From assembly GCA_965208575.1 (NCBI GenBank), contig CBDBOV010000006.1, positions 1,056,001 through 1,120,000 on the forward strand: DNA of 64,000 nt, given 5' to 3'. Origin of the DNA: Spirochaetia bacterium. GTDB lineage: Bacteria > Spirochaetota > Spirochaetia > SZUA-6 > Bin103. This document shows, in pieces, positions 35,996 to 46,295 of the stretch (position 1 is its first letter; the number at the start of each line of letters is the position of its first letter). The notes beneath the pieces were generated by a model that was given only the letters and a program-made list of their open reading frames with translations, did no database searches and was not told where the DNA came from. Made by a program: the position numbers and the translations under genes.

Positions 35996-37187
35996 ACTCG
36001 ACCACTTCAAGTGCTTTGAACTCCTAAAGCTGCCGCTCCGACCGTTGACTCTTCTTTCCGGTACCAACGCGTCCGGGAAGTCCTCGCTACTGCAAGCCCT
36101 GGTATTGCTGCACCAGACCATGCGCGATCATGAGTGGTCACAGCGGCTGATGCTCAACGGACAATCGATCAAGCTGGGAACTGTGGCCGATGTGGTAGAT
36201 CAGCACGCCCGGCGTTCCTGCGAAATCGCATTGGAAACCGATGAGTACACTTGTCGGTGGGGGTTCTTCGGTGAACCAGGAGAGATGTCGATGGCGGTGG
36301 CCCGTGTATCCGCCGAAGGACGGGACTTGGAGCGTGGGCGAAGTGGATGGTACCGGCCCAGTTCGTCTGATTCAGACAGCGAGAGACACTCACTGTATCA
36401 GCTCTACCCTTGGGGCGAATACAAATTGAACGACGCGATCAGTCTCGCACCGACCGGAGGCATGCTGCACGGACTTGCATATCTCTCGGCCGAGCGGGAA
36501 GGACCGCGCGAGACCTACCCGTTGGAGGCTGTGCATGCTCCCGGTGACGTGGGTGGGCGTGGCGAACATGCGGTGAGTATGCTTCACTTCGGCGGTGACA
36601 CACGAGTACTCGACAAGTTGGCCGTTGTCGGCATTCCACCTACCCTGCTACGTCAGGTCGAAGCAAGGATGAAGGAGTTCTTTGCCGGCTGCGAGTTGGA
36701 CCTCCAGAAGATTCCACAGGCAAACGCCGTGACGTTGGGGTTACGCACCTCACGAGATATGGATTTCCATCGCCCGCTTCACACCGGTTTCGGACTGACG
36801 CAAGTGTTGCCCATCGTAGTTGCGGCACTGTCGGCGCAATCGGATGGCGTTCTGCTCATCGAGAATCCGGAAGTACACCTGCATCCTGCCGGCCAGGCGG
36901 CGATGGGTCGGTTTCTGGCGGAAGTTGCGTCGGCCGGAATCCAGGTGATTCTGGAGACTCATAGCGATCACGTGCTGAACGGAGTGCGACGTGCCGTAAA
37001 GCAGCACACCCTGAACGCCGAGGATACCGCCGTGCACTTTTTCGCACCACGATCCCTTGCCGAAGGTGAGGGAATCGCCCAAGTTCAGAGTCCGCTGCTG
37101 GACAAAGACGGTAACGTCGACACTTGGCCGGATGGGTTCTTTGATCAGTTCGACAAGGACACCAACTACTTCGCTGGGTGGAGTTGA
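35979..37187 (+). CDS. ABC-type ATPase with DUF3696, Menshen NsnB-like
   Basis: HFKCF, GTNASGKSS, GFGLTQVLP, IENPEVHLHP, ETHSDHVLNG, WPDGFFDQ. Confidence 0.9.
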   Translation: MLTRIELDHFKCFELLKLPLRPLTLLSGTNASGKSSLLQALVLLHQTMRDHEWSQRLMLNGQSIKLGTVADVVDQHARRSCEIALETDEYTCRWGFFGEPGEMSMAVARVSAEGRDLERGRSGWYRPSSSDSDSERHSLYQLYPWGEYKLNDAISLAPTGGMLHGLAYLSAEREGPRETYPLEAVHAPGDVGGRGEHAVSMLHFGGDTRVLDKLAVVGIPPTLLRQVEARMKEFFAGCELDLQKIPQANAVTLGLRTSRDMDFHRPLHTGFGLTQVLPIVVAALSAQSDGVLLIENPEVHLHPAGQAAMGRFLAEVASAGIQVILETHSDHVLNGVRRAVKQHTLNAEDTAVHFFAPRSLAEGEGIAQVQSPLLDKDGNVDTWPDGFFDQFDKDTNYFAGWS

Positions 37188-38147
37188 GTGGAACTCCTAG
37201 CGAACGATCTATCCTTTCACGGTCAGTTCGAGAACATACCGTCGTTTCGTACCGCGTTGGGAACACTCATGACGTTGCGTCGCACGGCGCAACGGTTTGG
37301 GCGCGAAGTCCATTGCAATCGTGACCTGCTGCAAGTTTCTCCGTTGCCCAACATGAGCATGCAACAAGCGCTCTCCCGTCTGAATCGAGACGAACAACGT
37401 GCGGTGCTACTCTGGTTTCTCAAAGCCGGCCCGTTCTGGGACGACCTACGTAGGCACGATGCGGCCGACTGGTTCGAGTGTCGGGGCTCTATCGTCACCG
37501 ACTGTGCGCTCGGCGAGGCCGCTTTCCGGTCACTTCACGGCATCGATTCAGCCCTGATTGGGGCTTCACCATCCGATTGGGACGCAACACCCTTGGAAGT
37601 AGAGTGGCGCCGTGAGGCTGAGAGCCTCAACGATCTAACTGTCTCTATCGCGAACTGGTGGGAAGTGGACTCGTTGACGAGACACCTCCAGCATGCTGCG
37701 GTTCCCGTGCGTACGTGGGGCGAACTTGCGATGCTGGCAGCGCAACGATTCGAGGCTCTGCAGATTGCGCGAGATGGTTTCGTACCGCTGTCGGGTGTCC
37801 CTTTCAACCGCAGTTCCTCCGATCGCATCCTCCACCTGCTCCATGTGCTGGATAGACTGGTTCAGGAAGTTGCTCCAGGAGACAACTTTACTCCAGAAGG
37901 TCAACGCATCTATCAACAATACTTCGTGGGGAGGAACGCGTTATTCTCTAATTCGTCGAATCAGGAGATACACGACTTTCGGCGCAGGCTCACGTTCCGC
38001 GATCCAGACGTTCCGGCCATTACTCGCTTCTGTCCTTGGCACGGGAAGGAGCGCCACATGACTCTCCGGCTGCACTTCTCTTGGCCGCCCCGGCACGGCG
38101 AGAGGGTTCATGTCGTGTATGTGGGCCCGAAGCTTACCAAGCGATGA
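37188..38147 (+). CDS. Hypothetical effector, Menshen NsnC-like, possible C-terminal RelE-like RNase
   Basis: Abuts the ATPase stop; ends WHGK...LRLHFSWP...VHVVYVGPKLTKR. Confidence 0.65.
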   Translation: MELLANDLSFHGQFENIPSFRTALGTLMTLRRTAQRFGREVHCNRDLLQVSPLPNMSMQQALSRLNRDEQRAVLLWFLKAGPFWDDLRRHDAADWFECRGSIVTDCALGEAAFRSLHGIDSALIGASPSDWDATPLEVEWRREAESLNDLTVSIANWWEVDSLTRHLQHAAVPVRTWGELAMLAAQRFEALQIARDGFVPLSGVPFNRSSSDRILHLLHVLDRLVQEVAPGDNFTPEGQRIYQQYFVGRNALFSNSSNQEIHDFRRRLTFRDPDVPAITRFCPWHGKERHMTLRLHFSWPPRHGERVHVVYVGPKLTKR

Positions 38148-38236
38148 GTATCAACCCCTGCACCCCCCGAATTCGTTTCCATCGATAGACGTTCAGACCA
38201 GCGGCTCCGCAGGTCGATCATCTGAAGTAGGCACTC

Positions 38237-39235
38237 ATGACAGCCCGCGTCCGCATTATCCTGGCGTGCTTGCTGCTCACCGGCGTGGCCCTCGCGGGCG
38301 CGGTGGGCTTCATGCTCGTCGAAGGCTGGTCCTTCGGGGAGAGCCTGTACATGGCGGTGATCACGGTGTCCACCGTCGGTTACGGCGAGGTGCAGCCGCT
38401 CAGCCGCGCCGGCCGCCTGCTCGCGGTCGCGGTGATCCTGGTGGCGGTGGGAGCGCTCGGCTTTTCCGCCACCAGCATCGGCGTCTACCTGGCGGATGGG
38501 CACCTGCTGCACGACCTGAGGAGGAAGCGTATGGAACGCGCGCTGCGCAGGCTGCACGGCCACTTCATCATCTGCGGCGGCGGCCGCTTCGGCCGCGAGG
38601 TGGCCGGCGAGTTCGCGCGCTCGCGGGCCAGCTACGCGGTGGTCGACCTGGATCCCGACCGGTGCGACCTGGCCGGCACGCCGGGGCTGCCGTTCGTCAC
38701 CGGCGACGCCGGCGACGACCAGGCGCTGCGGGAGGCGGGCGTGGAGCGCGCCAAGGGCCTGGTGGCGGCGCTGCCGGAGGACGACGCCAACCTGTACGTG
38801 GTGCTCACCGCCCGCCAGCTCAACCCCGGCCTGGTCATCATCACGCAGGCGGTGGAGCAGCGCTCGATCGACAAGCTGCGGCTGGCGGGCGCCGACCGGG
38901 TGGTGTCGCCCTACCTGATCGCCGGGCGGGCGATGGCATCGGCGCTGCTGCGCCCCTCGGTGGTGAACTTCCTCGACGAGGCGCTGTACCGCGAAACCAC
39001 GCCGCTGCAGATCGAACAGCTCCAGGTCCCGGAGCGCTCGCCGCTGGCCGGCCAATCGGTGCGCACCGCGGACGTCGGCCCCGCCACCGGCGCCACCGTG
39101 GTGGCGATCCACCGCGCCGACGGTGCCCTGGTGACCGCCGCCGAGGCCCTCACCGCCACCGTTCACGGCGGCGACATCCTGGTCGCGGTCGGCACCACCG
39201 AACAGCTTCAGGCACTGACCGACCTGGCCGGATAG
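38237..39235 (+). CDS. Potassium channel protein with RCK (TrkA-N/TrkA-C) domains
   Basis: Selectivity filter TVSTVGYG; ICGGGRFG; GDA.DD..L..AGVERA; AGADRVVSP. Confidence 0.93.
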   Translation: MTARVRIILACLLLTGVALAGAVGFMLVEGWSFGESLYMAVITVSTVGYGEVQPLSRAGRLLAVAVILVAVGALGFSATSIGVYLADGHLLHDLRRKRMERALRRLHGHFIICGGGRFGREVAGEFARSRASYAVVDLDPDRCDLAGTPGLPFVTGDAGDDQALREAGVERAKGLVAALPEDDANLYVVLTARQLNPGLVIITQAVEQRSIDKLRLAGADRVVSPYLIAGRAMASALLRPSVVNFLDEALYRETTPLQIEQLQVPERSPLAGQSVRTADVGPATGATVVAIHRADGALVTAAEALTATVHGGDILVAVGTTEQLQALTDLAG

Positions 39236-39501
39236 CAGGTTCGAGACCAACGCCGTCCGCGACCGGCCGAGCCGCACCGATGCGGCCACCGCCCCGGCGG
39301 AAGAAAGCACCTGCCACCCGAACCGCCCGCCGGCGGCGCCGCTCGCGGCCCAAACGGGCCTGCTTTGGGAGCGTGCCGGAAGACGGGCACCCGCGCGCGG
39401 CGGCGGCGCGCGCGCGCGCGAAACGCGCGGGTAATCGCCAGCGCCCCGCCTAGCGCCCCGAAATCCCCGCCTGCGGCGGCGCTTCCGGCCCAACCGGCCT
39501 A

Positions 39502-39536
39502 CCTAGGAGCCTGCCGGAATCCGACAGGCTCCTAGG
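39502..39536. terminator. Hairpin at the fdhA 3' end
   Basis: cctaggagcctg-ccgg aat ccga-caggctcctagg; no U-tract. Confidence 0.55.
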
Positions 39537-40722
39537 CGGCGATCATTCCGTGCGGGTCGATGATGAACTTCTTGGCCGCGCCGCGGTCGAAGTCCTGGTA
39601 GCCCTGCGGGCCGTCGTCGAGCGAGATCACCGTCGCGCCGACGTTCTTGGCCACCGACACCTTGTCGTACAGGATCGCCTGCATGAGCTGGCGGTTGTAG
39701 GTCATCACCGGGCACTGGCCGGTGGTGAAGTGGTGCGACTTGGCCCAGCCGAGGCCGATGCGGATGCCGAGGTTGCCGATCTTGGCGTTGTCGTCGACAC
39801 CGCCGGGATCGCCGGTCACGTACAGTCCCGGAATGCCGATGCCGCCGCCGGCGCGGGTCACTTCCATCACCGAGTTGAGCACCGTGGCGGGCTGCTCCAC
39901 GGCGGCTTCCTTGCCGTGGCCGCGCGCCTCGAAACCGACGCAGTCCACCGCCTGGTCCACCTCCGGCTCGCCCATGATCTGCTCAATCTGCTCGGCCAGG
40001 GTGGCCTCCTGGCGCAGGTCCACCGTTTCGCAGCCGAAGCTGCGCGCCTGCTCCAGGCGTTCGGGAATCATGTCGCCGACAATCACCACGGCGGCGCCGA
40101 GCAGTTGGCAGCCGGTGGCGCACGCCAGGCCGACCGGCCCGGCGCCGGCCACGTAGACGATCGAGCCGGGGCCGACGCCGGCGCTGTAGGCGCCGTGGAA
40201 GCCGGTGGGGAAGATGTCGGACAGCAGCGTCAGGTCCTGGATCTTGGCTAGGGTCACGTCGCGCTCCGGCAGCTTGAGCACGTTGAAGTCGGCATACGGC
40301 ACCATCACGTACTCGGCCTGGCCGCCGACCCAGCCGCCCATGTCGACGTAGCCGTAGGCGGCGCCGGGGCGGGCGGGATTGACGGTCAGGCAGATCCCGG
40401 TCTTGCGCTCCTTGCAGTTGCGGCAGCGCCCGCAGGCGATGTTGAACGGCACCGACACGATGTCGCCGACGTCGATGAACTCCACGTCGTGGCCCCTCTC
40501 AATCACCTCGCCGGTAATCTCGTGGCCCAGGATCAGCCCGGCCGGCGCGGTGGTGCGGCCGCGCACCATGTGCTGGTCGCTGCCGCAGATATTGGTCGAC
40601 ACGATCTTGAGAATGACCCCGTGGTCACACTTGCGGTCGCCGAGCGCGAGCGTGGGAAAGTCGATGTCCTGAATCTCCACGACACCGGGCTTGACGTAAG
40701 CGAGTCCTCTGTTTTCAGCCAT
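39532..40722 (-). CDS. fdhA: Glutathione-independent formaldehyde dehydrogenase
   Basis: STNICGSDQHMVRGRT, GHEITGEV, PFNIACGRCRNC, GAAYGYVDMGGWVGGQAEY, LSDIFPTG, GLGWAKSH. Confidence 0.95.
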   Translation of the reverse strand: MAENRGLAYVKPGVVEIQDIDFPTLALGDRKCDHGVILKIVSTNICGSDQHMVRGRTTAPAGLILGHEITGEVIERGHDVEFIDVGDIVSVPFNIACGRCRNCKERKTGICLTVNPARPGAAYGYVDMGGWVGGQAEYVMVPYADFNVLKLPERDVTLAKIQDLTLLSDIFPTGFHGAYSAGVGPGSIVYVAGAGPVGLACATGCQLLGAAVVIVGDMIPERLEQARSFGCETVDLRQEATLAEQIEQIMGEPEVDQAVDCVGFEARGHGKEAAVEQPATVLNSVMEVTRAGGGIGIPGLYVTGDPGGVDDNAKIGNLGIRIGLGWAKSHHFTTGQCPVMTYNRQLMQAILYDKVSVAKNVGATVISLDDGPQGYQDFDRGAAKKFIIDPHGMIAA

Positions 40723-40802
40723 CCTTGAATCCTCCTGAACAGTTCAATTGCCCGAATCCTACACGGGAAAGCGGCAACGCAGCCAGACGGGCAGTGTCCG
40801 GA

Positions 40803-41021
40803 TCAGCGGGCCGCGCCGGCTTCCGCCTCCTCCTCTTCGCCCTCTTCGGTCGCCTCATCCTCCACGTCGCCGGGGAGGTTGAGGCCGCGGTATTCTGCGA
40901 TCAGCGTCTCCGCGTCGTGTTCGACCGGATTGGCGCGCCGCTCTCGCTTGCGCTGTTGCTTTTCTGCTCGCGCCAGTTCCCGGCGCCTCTTCTGTGCACT
41001 ATGTTTGGAGCGTCTTGCCAC
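40803..41021 (-). CDS. Small protein with a basic N-terminus and acidic C-terminus
   Basis: GTG with SD GGAGGA; ARRSKHSAQKRRRELARAEKQQRKRERR...EDEATEEGEEEEAE. Confidence 0.65.
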   Translation of the reverse strand: MARRSKHSAQKRRRELARAEKQQRKRERRANPVEHDAETLIAEYRGLNLPGDVEDEATEEGEEEEAEAGAAR

Positions 41022-41186
41022 GGGTCCTCCAACGGATCTATTCGGGCCGCCCGGTACGTATCCGGCGCCCCGGACATCCATTACGGAGCCGGCGGGCGGC
41101 CGGCGGCGCCTTGCTCTAAAATAACCTACGTCACGCTCGGCCTCAAGCCCATCGGGCGAACCACGAGCTCGGGAGAGGAGATTCAC

Positions 41187-41717
41187 ATGACCGACCTTCT
41201 GGCTACACGGGTGCGCGAAACGCTGCGGGCGGTACCCGACTTTCCCAAGCCCGGCATCCTGTTCCGCGACATCACCCCGCTGCTTACCTCCAGCGGCCTG
41301 CTGCCGCGCGTGGTGTCCTGGCTGGCCGAGCAGTGCACCGAGCGGCGCGCCGACCGGATCGCCTGCATCGAGAGCCGCGGCTTCCTGTTCGGCGCGCCGC
41401 TCGCCGAGCGGCTCGACCTGCCGCTGGCCCTGATCCGCAAGCCGGGCAAGCTGCCGTACCGGACCATCCGCCAGGACTATGCGCTGGAGTACGGCTCCGA
41501 CGCGCTGGAGATGCACGCCGACGCATGCCGGGCGGGCGACCGGGTGGTGCTGATCGACGACGTGCTGGCCACCGGCGGCACTGCCAACGCGGCCTGCGAA
41601 CTGATCGAGAAGCTGGGCGCCGAGGTCGCCGCCGTCCTGTTCGTGCTCGAACTCAGCGAACTGGACGGCCGCGCGCTCCTGCACGACCGCCCCTGCCTCA
41701 GCCTGACCGAGGTGTAG
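41187..41717 (+). CDS. apt: Adenine phosphoribosyltransferase
   Basis: VPDFPKPGILFRDITPLL, IESRGFLFG, IRKPGKLP, YALEYG, VLIDDVLATGGT. Confidence 0.96.
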   Translation: MTDLLATRVRETLRAVPDFPKPGILFRDITPLLTSSGLLPRVVSWLAEQCTERRADRIACIESRGFLFGAPLAERLDLPLALIRKPGKLPYRTIRQDYALEYGSDALEMHADACRAGDRVVLIDDVLATGGTANAACELIEKLGAEVAAVLFVLELSELDGRALLHDRPCLSLTEV

Positions 41718-41816
41718 GACGCGCGCGGTCCCTTACCCGACACCGTCGGGGCGCCGCCGCCGGTGGTCGCCGAGACCGTGCAAGGCGTGTCCATGTCCCT
41801 GTATTGCGCCTGCCCA

Positions 41817-44426
41817 CTAAGGGTTGCCTGCCGCGGCGCGCAGGGCTTCGAGGCCGGCGCGCGCGGTTTCCAGGTCGGGGTCGATCGCCACCGCGCGCTC
41901 GAAGTGGCGGAGTGCGTCATCGGCACGGCCGAGGTAGTACAGCGTAGCGCCGAGGTTGGAGTAGGTCTGCGCGCTGTCCGGGGTGAGCTCGAGCAGGTTG
42001 CGGTACAGGACGAGCGCCTCCTGGTACTGCTCCTGGCCGAACCGGACCATTGCGAGGCGGTCGAGCGATGAGCTGTCGCGCGGGTCGATCCGAACCGCTT
42101 CGGCGTAATGGCGCGCCGCTTCGTCGACGCGGCCCAGGTGCTGAGCGGCCTGCCCCGCGAGGCCGTGCAGCACGCCCGCCACCTTCTGGTCCGGTTGTGC
42201 GGCCAGGGCCCGTTGCATGGCGTCGAGCGCCTCTTCGAACCGCTCCAGGCGGAACAGCGTATCGCCCATGCCGGCATGCGCGAACGCGTAGTCGGGCGCG
42301 ACCGCCAGCACGTCCCGATAGGCGGCCAGCGCCTCTTCGTAGCGTTGCTCCTTGCGCAGCGCTTCGGCGATGTTCTGCAGGTGGGCCGGATCGTTCGGGC
42401 GCAGCTCGCGGGCGCGGCTCATCAACGCTTCGGCCTCGTCGCGGCGTCCCTGCGCGCGCAGCACGCCGGCCAGTTCCAGCAGCCCCGCGGCCTCGTTCGG
42501 TTCGGCCGCCAGTGCGTCGCGGAAAAACCCCTCGGCGCGGTCGAGCTGTCCCAGGGAGCGGGTCGCGCGGCCCATCAGAAGGGAGAGCTTGCCCGCGAAC
42601 GGCAACCCCGGATCGATCCGGAGGGCCGTGGCGAGAGCATCGACCGCCGCCTCGTAGCGTTGCAGTTGATACAGCGCATCCCCCAGGCCGGCGTACGCCA
42701 GCGCGTACCCGTCGTCGCGCCGCAACACCGCGCGGTAGGCATCGACCGCCGCCTCGTAGCGGCCCTGTTTCCTGAGCAGCTCGGCGCTGTTCTGCAGCGC
42801 ACTCTGGTGCGTCGGATCGAGCGCGCGCGCCCGGCTCAGCGCTTCGCCCGCCTCGTCGAACCGCCCCAGGTTCATCAGGGCGAGACCGAGGTTGGAGTAG
42901 GCGTCGGCGGAGTCGGGGCGCTGCTCGACGGCGATGCGGCTCGCGGCGACGCCGTCCTCGTTGCGTCCGGCTTCGATCAGCGCGTTGCCCAGGTTGAGGT
43001 GGGCATCGCGCGCCTGCGGGTTGAGCGCCACGACGTGGCTGAACAGGGTGACCTCGTCGCGGTAGACCCCGGCCTGCCGCCAGGTGAGCGCCGCGAGGCC
43101 CAGCACCAGCGCCACCGCCAGTCCCGCCGCCGCCATCCGTGCCGCCTCCGGCAGCCTGCGCATGCCGGACGGCAGCCTGCGCATGCCGTGCGCGGCGGCG
43201 CCGATCAGCACCGTCAGCACGCCGATGCAGGCCAGGTACTGGAAGCGGTCGGCGACGAACGAGAACTGCATGTACCCGTAGTCGATGAAGCCCAGCACCG
43301 GCGCCAGCGTCACCGCGAACAACAGCGCCCCCGCCAGCGGGCCGCGTCCGATCCGGCGCCGCGCCAGCCAGAGCGCCGCCGCCAGCGCCGCCGCACCCGC
43401 AAGGTAGGCCCAGGCCGGCAGGGCGCGGGCATCGATCTCCCACAGCGGGTAGATCACCGCCAGGTCGACCGGCCACACCAGCTTGCCGGCGTAGAACCAC
43501 AGCGCGCGCGCCGCGATCAGCGCCCGTTCGACCAGCGAGTAGCCCAGCTCCAGCGGTTCGCGCGAGGCGTAGAACGCCAGGTCGGCCAGCGTGATCCCCA
43601 CCCCCACCGCAACGAACGGCGCCAGGCGCAGCAGGTCGACCGGGGCGATCTTCTCGCGCCGCCACCAGTGCAGGATCAGCAGCGCGACCGGCAGCGTCAC
43701 CACCACCGACTTGCACAGCAGGCCGGCCGCGAACAGCACCAGGGCAAGCGCGTAGCGTCCCGGCCCCGGCGATTCGTCGAAGCGGACCCAGGTGTGCACC
43801 GCGGTCAGGTAGCACAAGGCGGACAGCAGGTCCTTGCGCTCGATGATCCAGGCCACCGACTCGACGTGCAGCGGGTGAACCGCGAACACCGCGGCGATCA
43901 GCACGGCTCCGGGAATGGCGAGGCGGGCGAGCAGGCGCCACAGCAGCAGGCAGTTGCCCAGGTGCAGGAGGATGTTGACGGCATGGTAGCCGACCGGGTT
44001 CAGGCCCCAGACCTTGTGCTCCAGCCAGAACGAGGTGTACACCAGCGGCCAGTAGTGGCCTTCGTTCCTGATGTCGGCCGGCGAGAACCAGATGCTGCGC
44101 AGGCCGGCCGGCGAGTGGATTACCGGCTCCTCGGAGAAGATCACGTCGTCCCACACGAAGCCGCCCTGCAGCGCCGGAAAGTAGCTCACCGCCACCAGCA
44201 GCGCGATCGCCAGCACGACCGGCGTTTCCTGAGCGGACCGGTCCGCGCTCCCCGGCGCCGGATCGTCCAACGCGGCGGCGGGCGCCGCGGCGGGGCCGTG
44301 GTCCGGTCGGATGACGGACGCCGCCGCCCGCCGGGACCGGCTGCCGGGCGTGGCCGGTGGTGAGTCGCCGCGGGCGGTTGTGCGAGCCGCCGGTCTGCGC
44401 CGGTCCTTGTTCTTGCGGCCTGCCAT
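41817..44426 (-). CDS. TMTC-like GT-C glycosyltransferase with C-terminal TPR repeats
   Basis: GFVWDD, HYWPL, YHAVNILLH, FAVHPLHVESVAWIIERKDLL, ADRFQYLA, then multiple TPRs (AHLNLG, AYSNLG, TYSNLG). Confidence 0.88.
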   Translation of the reverse strand: MAGRKNKDRRRPAARTTARGDSPPATPGSRSRRAAASVIRPDHGPAAAPAAALDDPAPGSADRSAQETPVVLAIALLVAVSYFPALQGGFVWDDVIFSEEPVIHSPAGLRSIWFSPADIRNEGHYWPLVYTSFWLEHKVWGLNPVGYHAVNILLHLGNCLLLWRLLARLAIPGAVLIAAVFAVHPLHVESVAWIIERKDLLSALCYLTAVHTWVRFDESPGPGRYALALVLFAAGLLCKSVVVTLPVALLILHWWRREKIAPVDLLRLAPFVAVGVGITLADLAFYASREPLELGYSLVERALIAARALWFYAGKLVWPVDLAVIYPLWEIDARALPAWAYLAGAAALAAALWLARRRIGRGPLAGALLFAVTLAPVLGFIDYGYMQFSFVADRFQYLACIGVLTVLIGAAAHGMRRLPSGMRRLPEAARMAAAGLAVALVLGLAALTWRQAGVYRDEVTLFSHVVALNPQARDAHLNLGNALIEAGRNEDGVAASRIAVEQRPDSADAYSNLGLALMNLGRFDEAGEALSRARALDPTHQSALQNSAELLRKQGRYEAAVDAYRAVLRRDDGYALAYAGLGDALYQLQRYEAAVDALATALRIDPGLPFAGKLSLLMGRATRSLGQLDRAEGFFRDALAAEPNEAAGLLELAGVLRAQGRRDEAEALMSRARELRPNDPAHLQNIAEALRKEQRYEEALAAYRDVLAVAPDYAFAHAGMGDTLFRLERFEEALDAMQRALAAQPDQKVAGVLHGLAGQAAQHLGRVDEAARHYAEAVRIDPRDSSSLDRLAMVRFGQEQYQEALVLYRNLLELTPDSAQTYSNLGATLYYLGRADDALRHFERAVAIDPDLETARAGLEALRAAAGNP

Positions 44427-44521
44427 GTCCTGTTCAATGTCTCCCTGATCGTTGCATGTCGCCGGATCGAGTTTCCGTGGCCGGCGGCCGCCTGCTCATC
44501 GTCGGTCGCCCGCGTGCGCGG

Positions 44522-46285
44522 TCACGGCCATGGCCGGGCGGCGAAGCGGATGCCGGCGTCCGGCGGCGGCTCGGGAGCGTCGGCGTCGATCTGCCGCATC
44601 GCGCGCCGCACGACGTGGAAGACGATCACCGGTGAGTACTCCCGCCACTCGCGCACCGGCGGTTCGGTGGCGTCGCGCCGCAGGATGCGCACGATGCGCG
44701 TGGTGCCGAACTCGCGCTCGGGCGAGTATCCCGGCACGGTCAGGCCCGGATCCGTGGACACGAGGTGGCTCACCGCCGCGGGAATCTTCGCCAGGTCCTG
44801 CCCGAGGATGTCGCGCCCGACGTAGGCATCGTACAGGGGTACCGCGCGGTGCAGGTAGTAGTAGCCGGGCGTGGAGGAGTATCCCCGGTCGACCTGCCAC
44901 ACCGCTCCGACGTCCTGTGCGCGGGCCAGGTAGCGGTAGGCGGCGAACAGCGGGTCGTGGTCGCGCACGAAGCCGAACAACGCGGCCTCGTCGGACCACT
45001 GCCGGTATGCCTGCGCCTGCGCGGGCAGCGACTTCAGGACCCCGGAAAAGGACACGCACGCGAACAACGCGCCCGCCGCCGCCAGCGCCCAGCGTTCCGC
45101 GGCCGCGCGCGACGCCCGCCGCGCTGCCCACGCCGCCGCCCGCGCGCCAAGGTCCGCTCCGATCAGCAGCCACACCGGGATGGCGGCGAATACGAACCGG
45201 TACTCCTTGTGCGCCGGCAACGAATGCGTCAACAGCACCAGGCCCGTCAGTCCGAGGAGCAGGCCGTAGCGTCGCGGCCACCGCAGCGCTGCCACGAGGC
45301 ACAGAGCGCCGAGCCCGCCGCCCGCGATCACGAACCACCAGAGCAGGTGATGCGCCGCATCGGCGCCGACGAATTCCTCGCCGGCCAACAGGTTGAAGCG
45401 CAGGTTCGTGACGTAGGAGTGAAACAGGTCGCCGCCCCACGTCAGACCATCGAAGATGCCCACCGCAAACAGCAGCGCCGTGCAGGCCGATGCCAGCAAC
45501 AGCTTCTGGCGCGTACGCACGAACACGATGGCCGCCAGCACCAGGGCAACCGGGGCGTAGTGCATGCGGAGCGCCGCGACCAGAACGGCGAGGCCGGCCG
45601 CGTGCCAGATTACCCGCGGCCGGTCGACTGCCGGTCGTACGCACAGCGCCAGCAACCCGATCAGCGGCGCCGTCGCGACCAGTTCCGTGAGCGGTTTGTG
45701 CGCGAACGCGGCCAGCTCGTACCAGAACGCGCCCGCGAGCAGCGCCAGCCGTGCCGAGGACTCGCCGAAGTGGCGGCGCGCGAAGCAGTACATTCCGGCC
45801 GGAACTGCCAGCGAGAGCGCGCACCACAGCAGCTTGACGCCGCCGACGTACCAGCCCGGCTCGCCGAGGCCAACCAGGTCGAACAGCTTGAGCACCGCCG
45901 CCACCGCACCCGGGACCAGCCAGGAGCGGGCGCCGTAGAAGTACTCCCAGTAGATCACCCCGTTGCCGAACACCAACCGGTGGGCCGGCTCCAGGTACTG
46001 CATGATCTCATCGGGATGCAGCACGAAGTCGCCGCTCAGGGCGACCGCGGCACGCGCCGCGAACGCCAGCGCCAGCACCACGGGAACGAGCCTCCAGCGC
46101 GGCTCATCCGGCGTGTGCGGGTGGATCAGTCCGTCGAACAGGGCGCGTGGAGTCGCCGCCGGCGGGCGGGCGCCGCTTGCCGCGGCCGCGGACCCGACAG
46201 GGAGATGCGGCTCCTGCGAAGCCCTCGCCCGGTGCGCGCGCCGGGCGCGCCGGCGCGGCGCAGGCCCGGTCGCGCGATGCCGCAC
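44522..46285 (-). CDS. GT-C glycosyltransferase, PIG-B/ALG9 (GT22)-like
   Basis: HPDEIMQYLEPAHRL, WEYFYGARSW, HKEYRF; multi-TM; start uncertain (46285 or 46330). Confidence 0.8.
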   Translation of the reverse strand: MRHRATGPAPRRRARRAHRARASQEPHLPVGSAAAASGARPPAATPRALFDGLIHPHTPDEPRWRLVPVVLALAFAARAAVALSGDFVLHPDEIMQYLEPAHRLVFGNGVIYWEYFYGARSWLVPGAVAAVLKLFDLVGLGEPGWYVGGVKLLWCALSLAVPAGMYCFARRHFGESSARLALLAGAFWYELAAFAHKPLTELVATAPLIGLLALCVRPAVDRPRVIWHAAGLAVLVAALRMHYAPVALVLAAIVFVRTRQKLLLASACTALLFAVGIFDGLTWGGDLFHSYVTNLRFNLLAGEEFVGADAAHHLLWWFVIAGGGLGALCLVAALRWPRRYGLLLGLTGLVLLTHSLPAHKEYRFVFAAIPVWLLIGADLGARAAAWAARRASRAAAERWALAAAGALFACVSFSGVLKSLPAQAQAYRQWSDEAALFGFVRDHDPLFAAYRYLARAQDVGAVWQVDRGYSSTPGYYYLHRAVPLYDAYVGRDILGQDLAKIPAAVSHLVSTDPGLTVPGYSPEREFGTTRIVRILRRDATEPPVREWREYSPVIVFHVVRRAMRQIDADAPEPPPDAGIRFAARPWP

Positions 46286-46295
46286 CCCGGCGATG

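Noticed and set aside
39389-39432. (GC)n run and hairpin, possible Z-DNA or REP element
   Set aside because: Single occurrence in a very GC-rich genome; no supporting context
43150-43190. 21-bp in-frame duplication (GMRRLPS/GMRRLPE) in the TMTC-like gene
   Set aside because: Minor slippage in a loop; no functional implication evident
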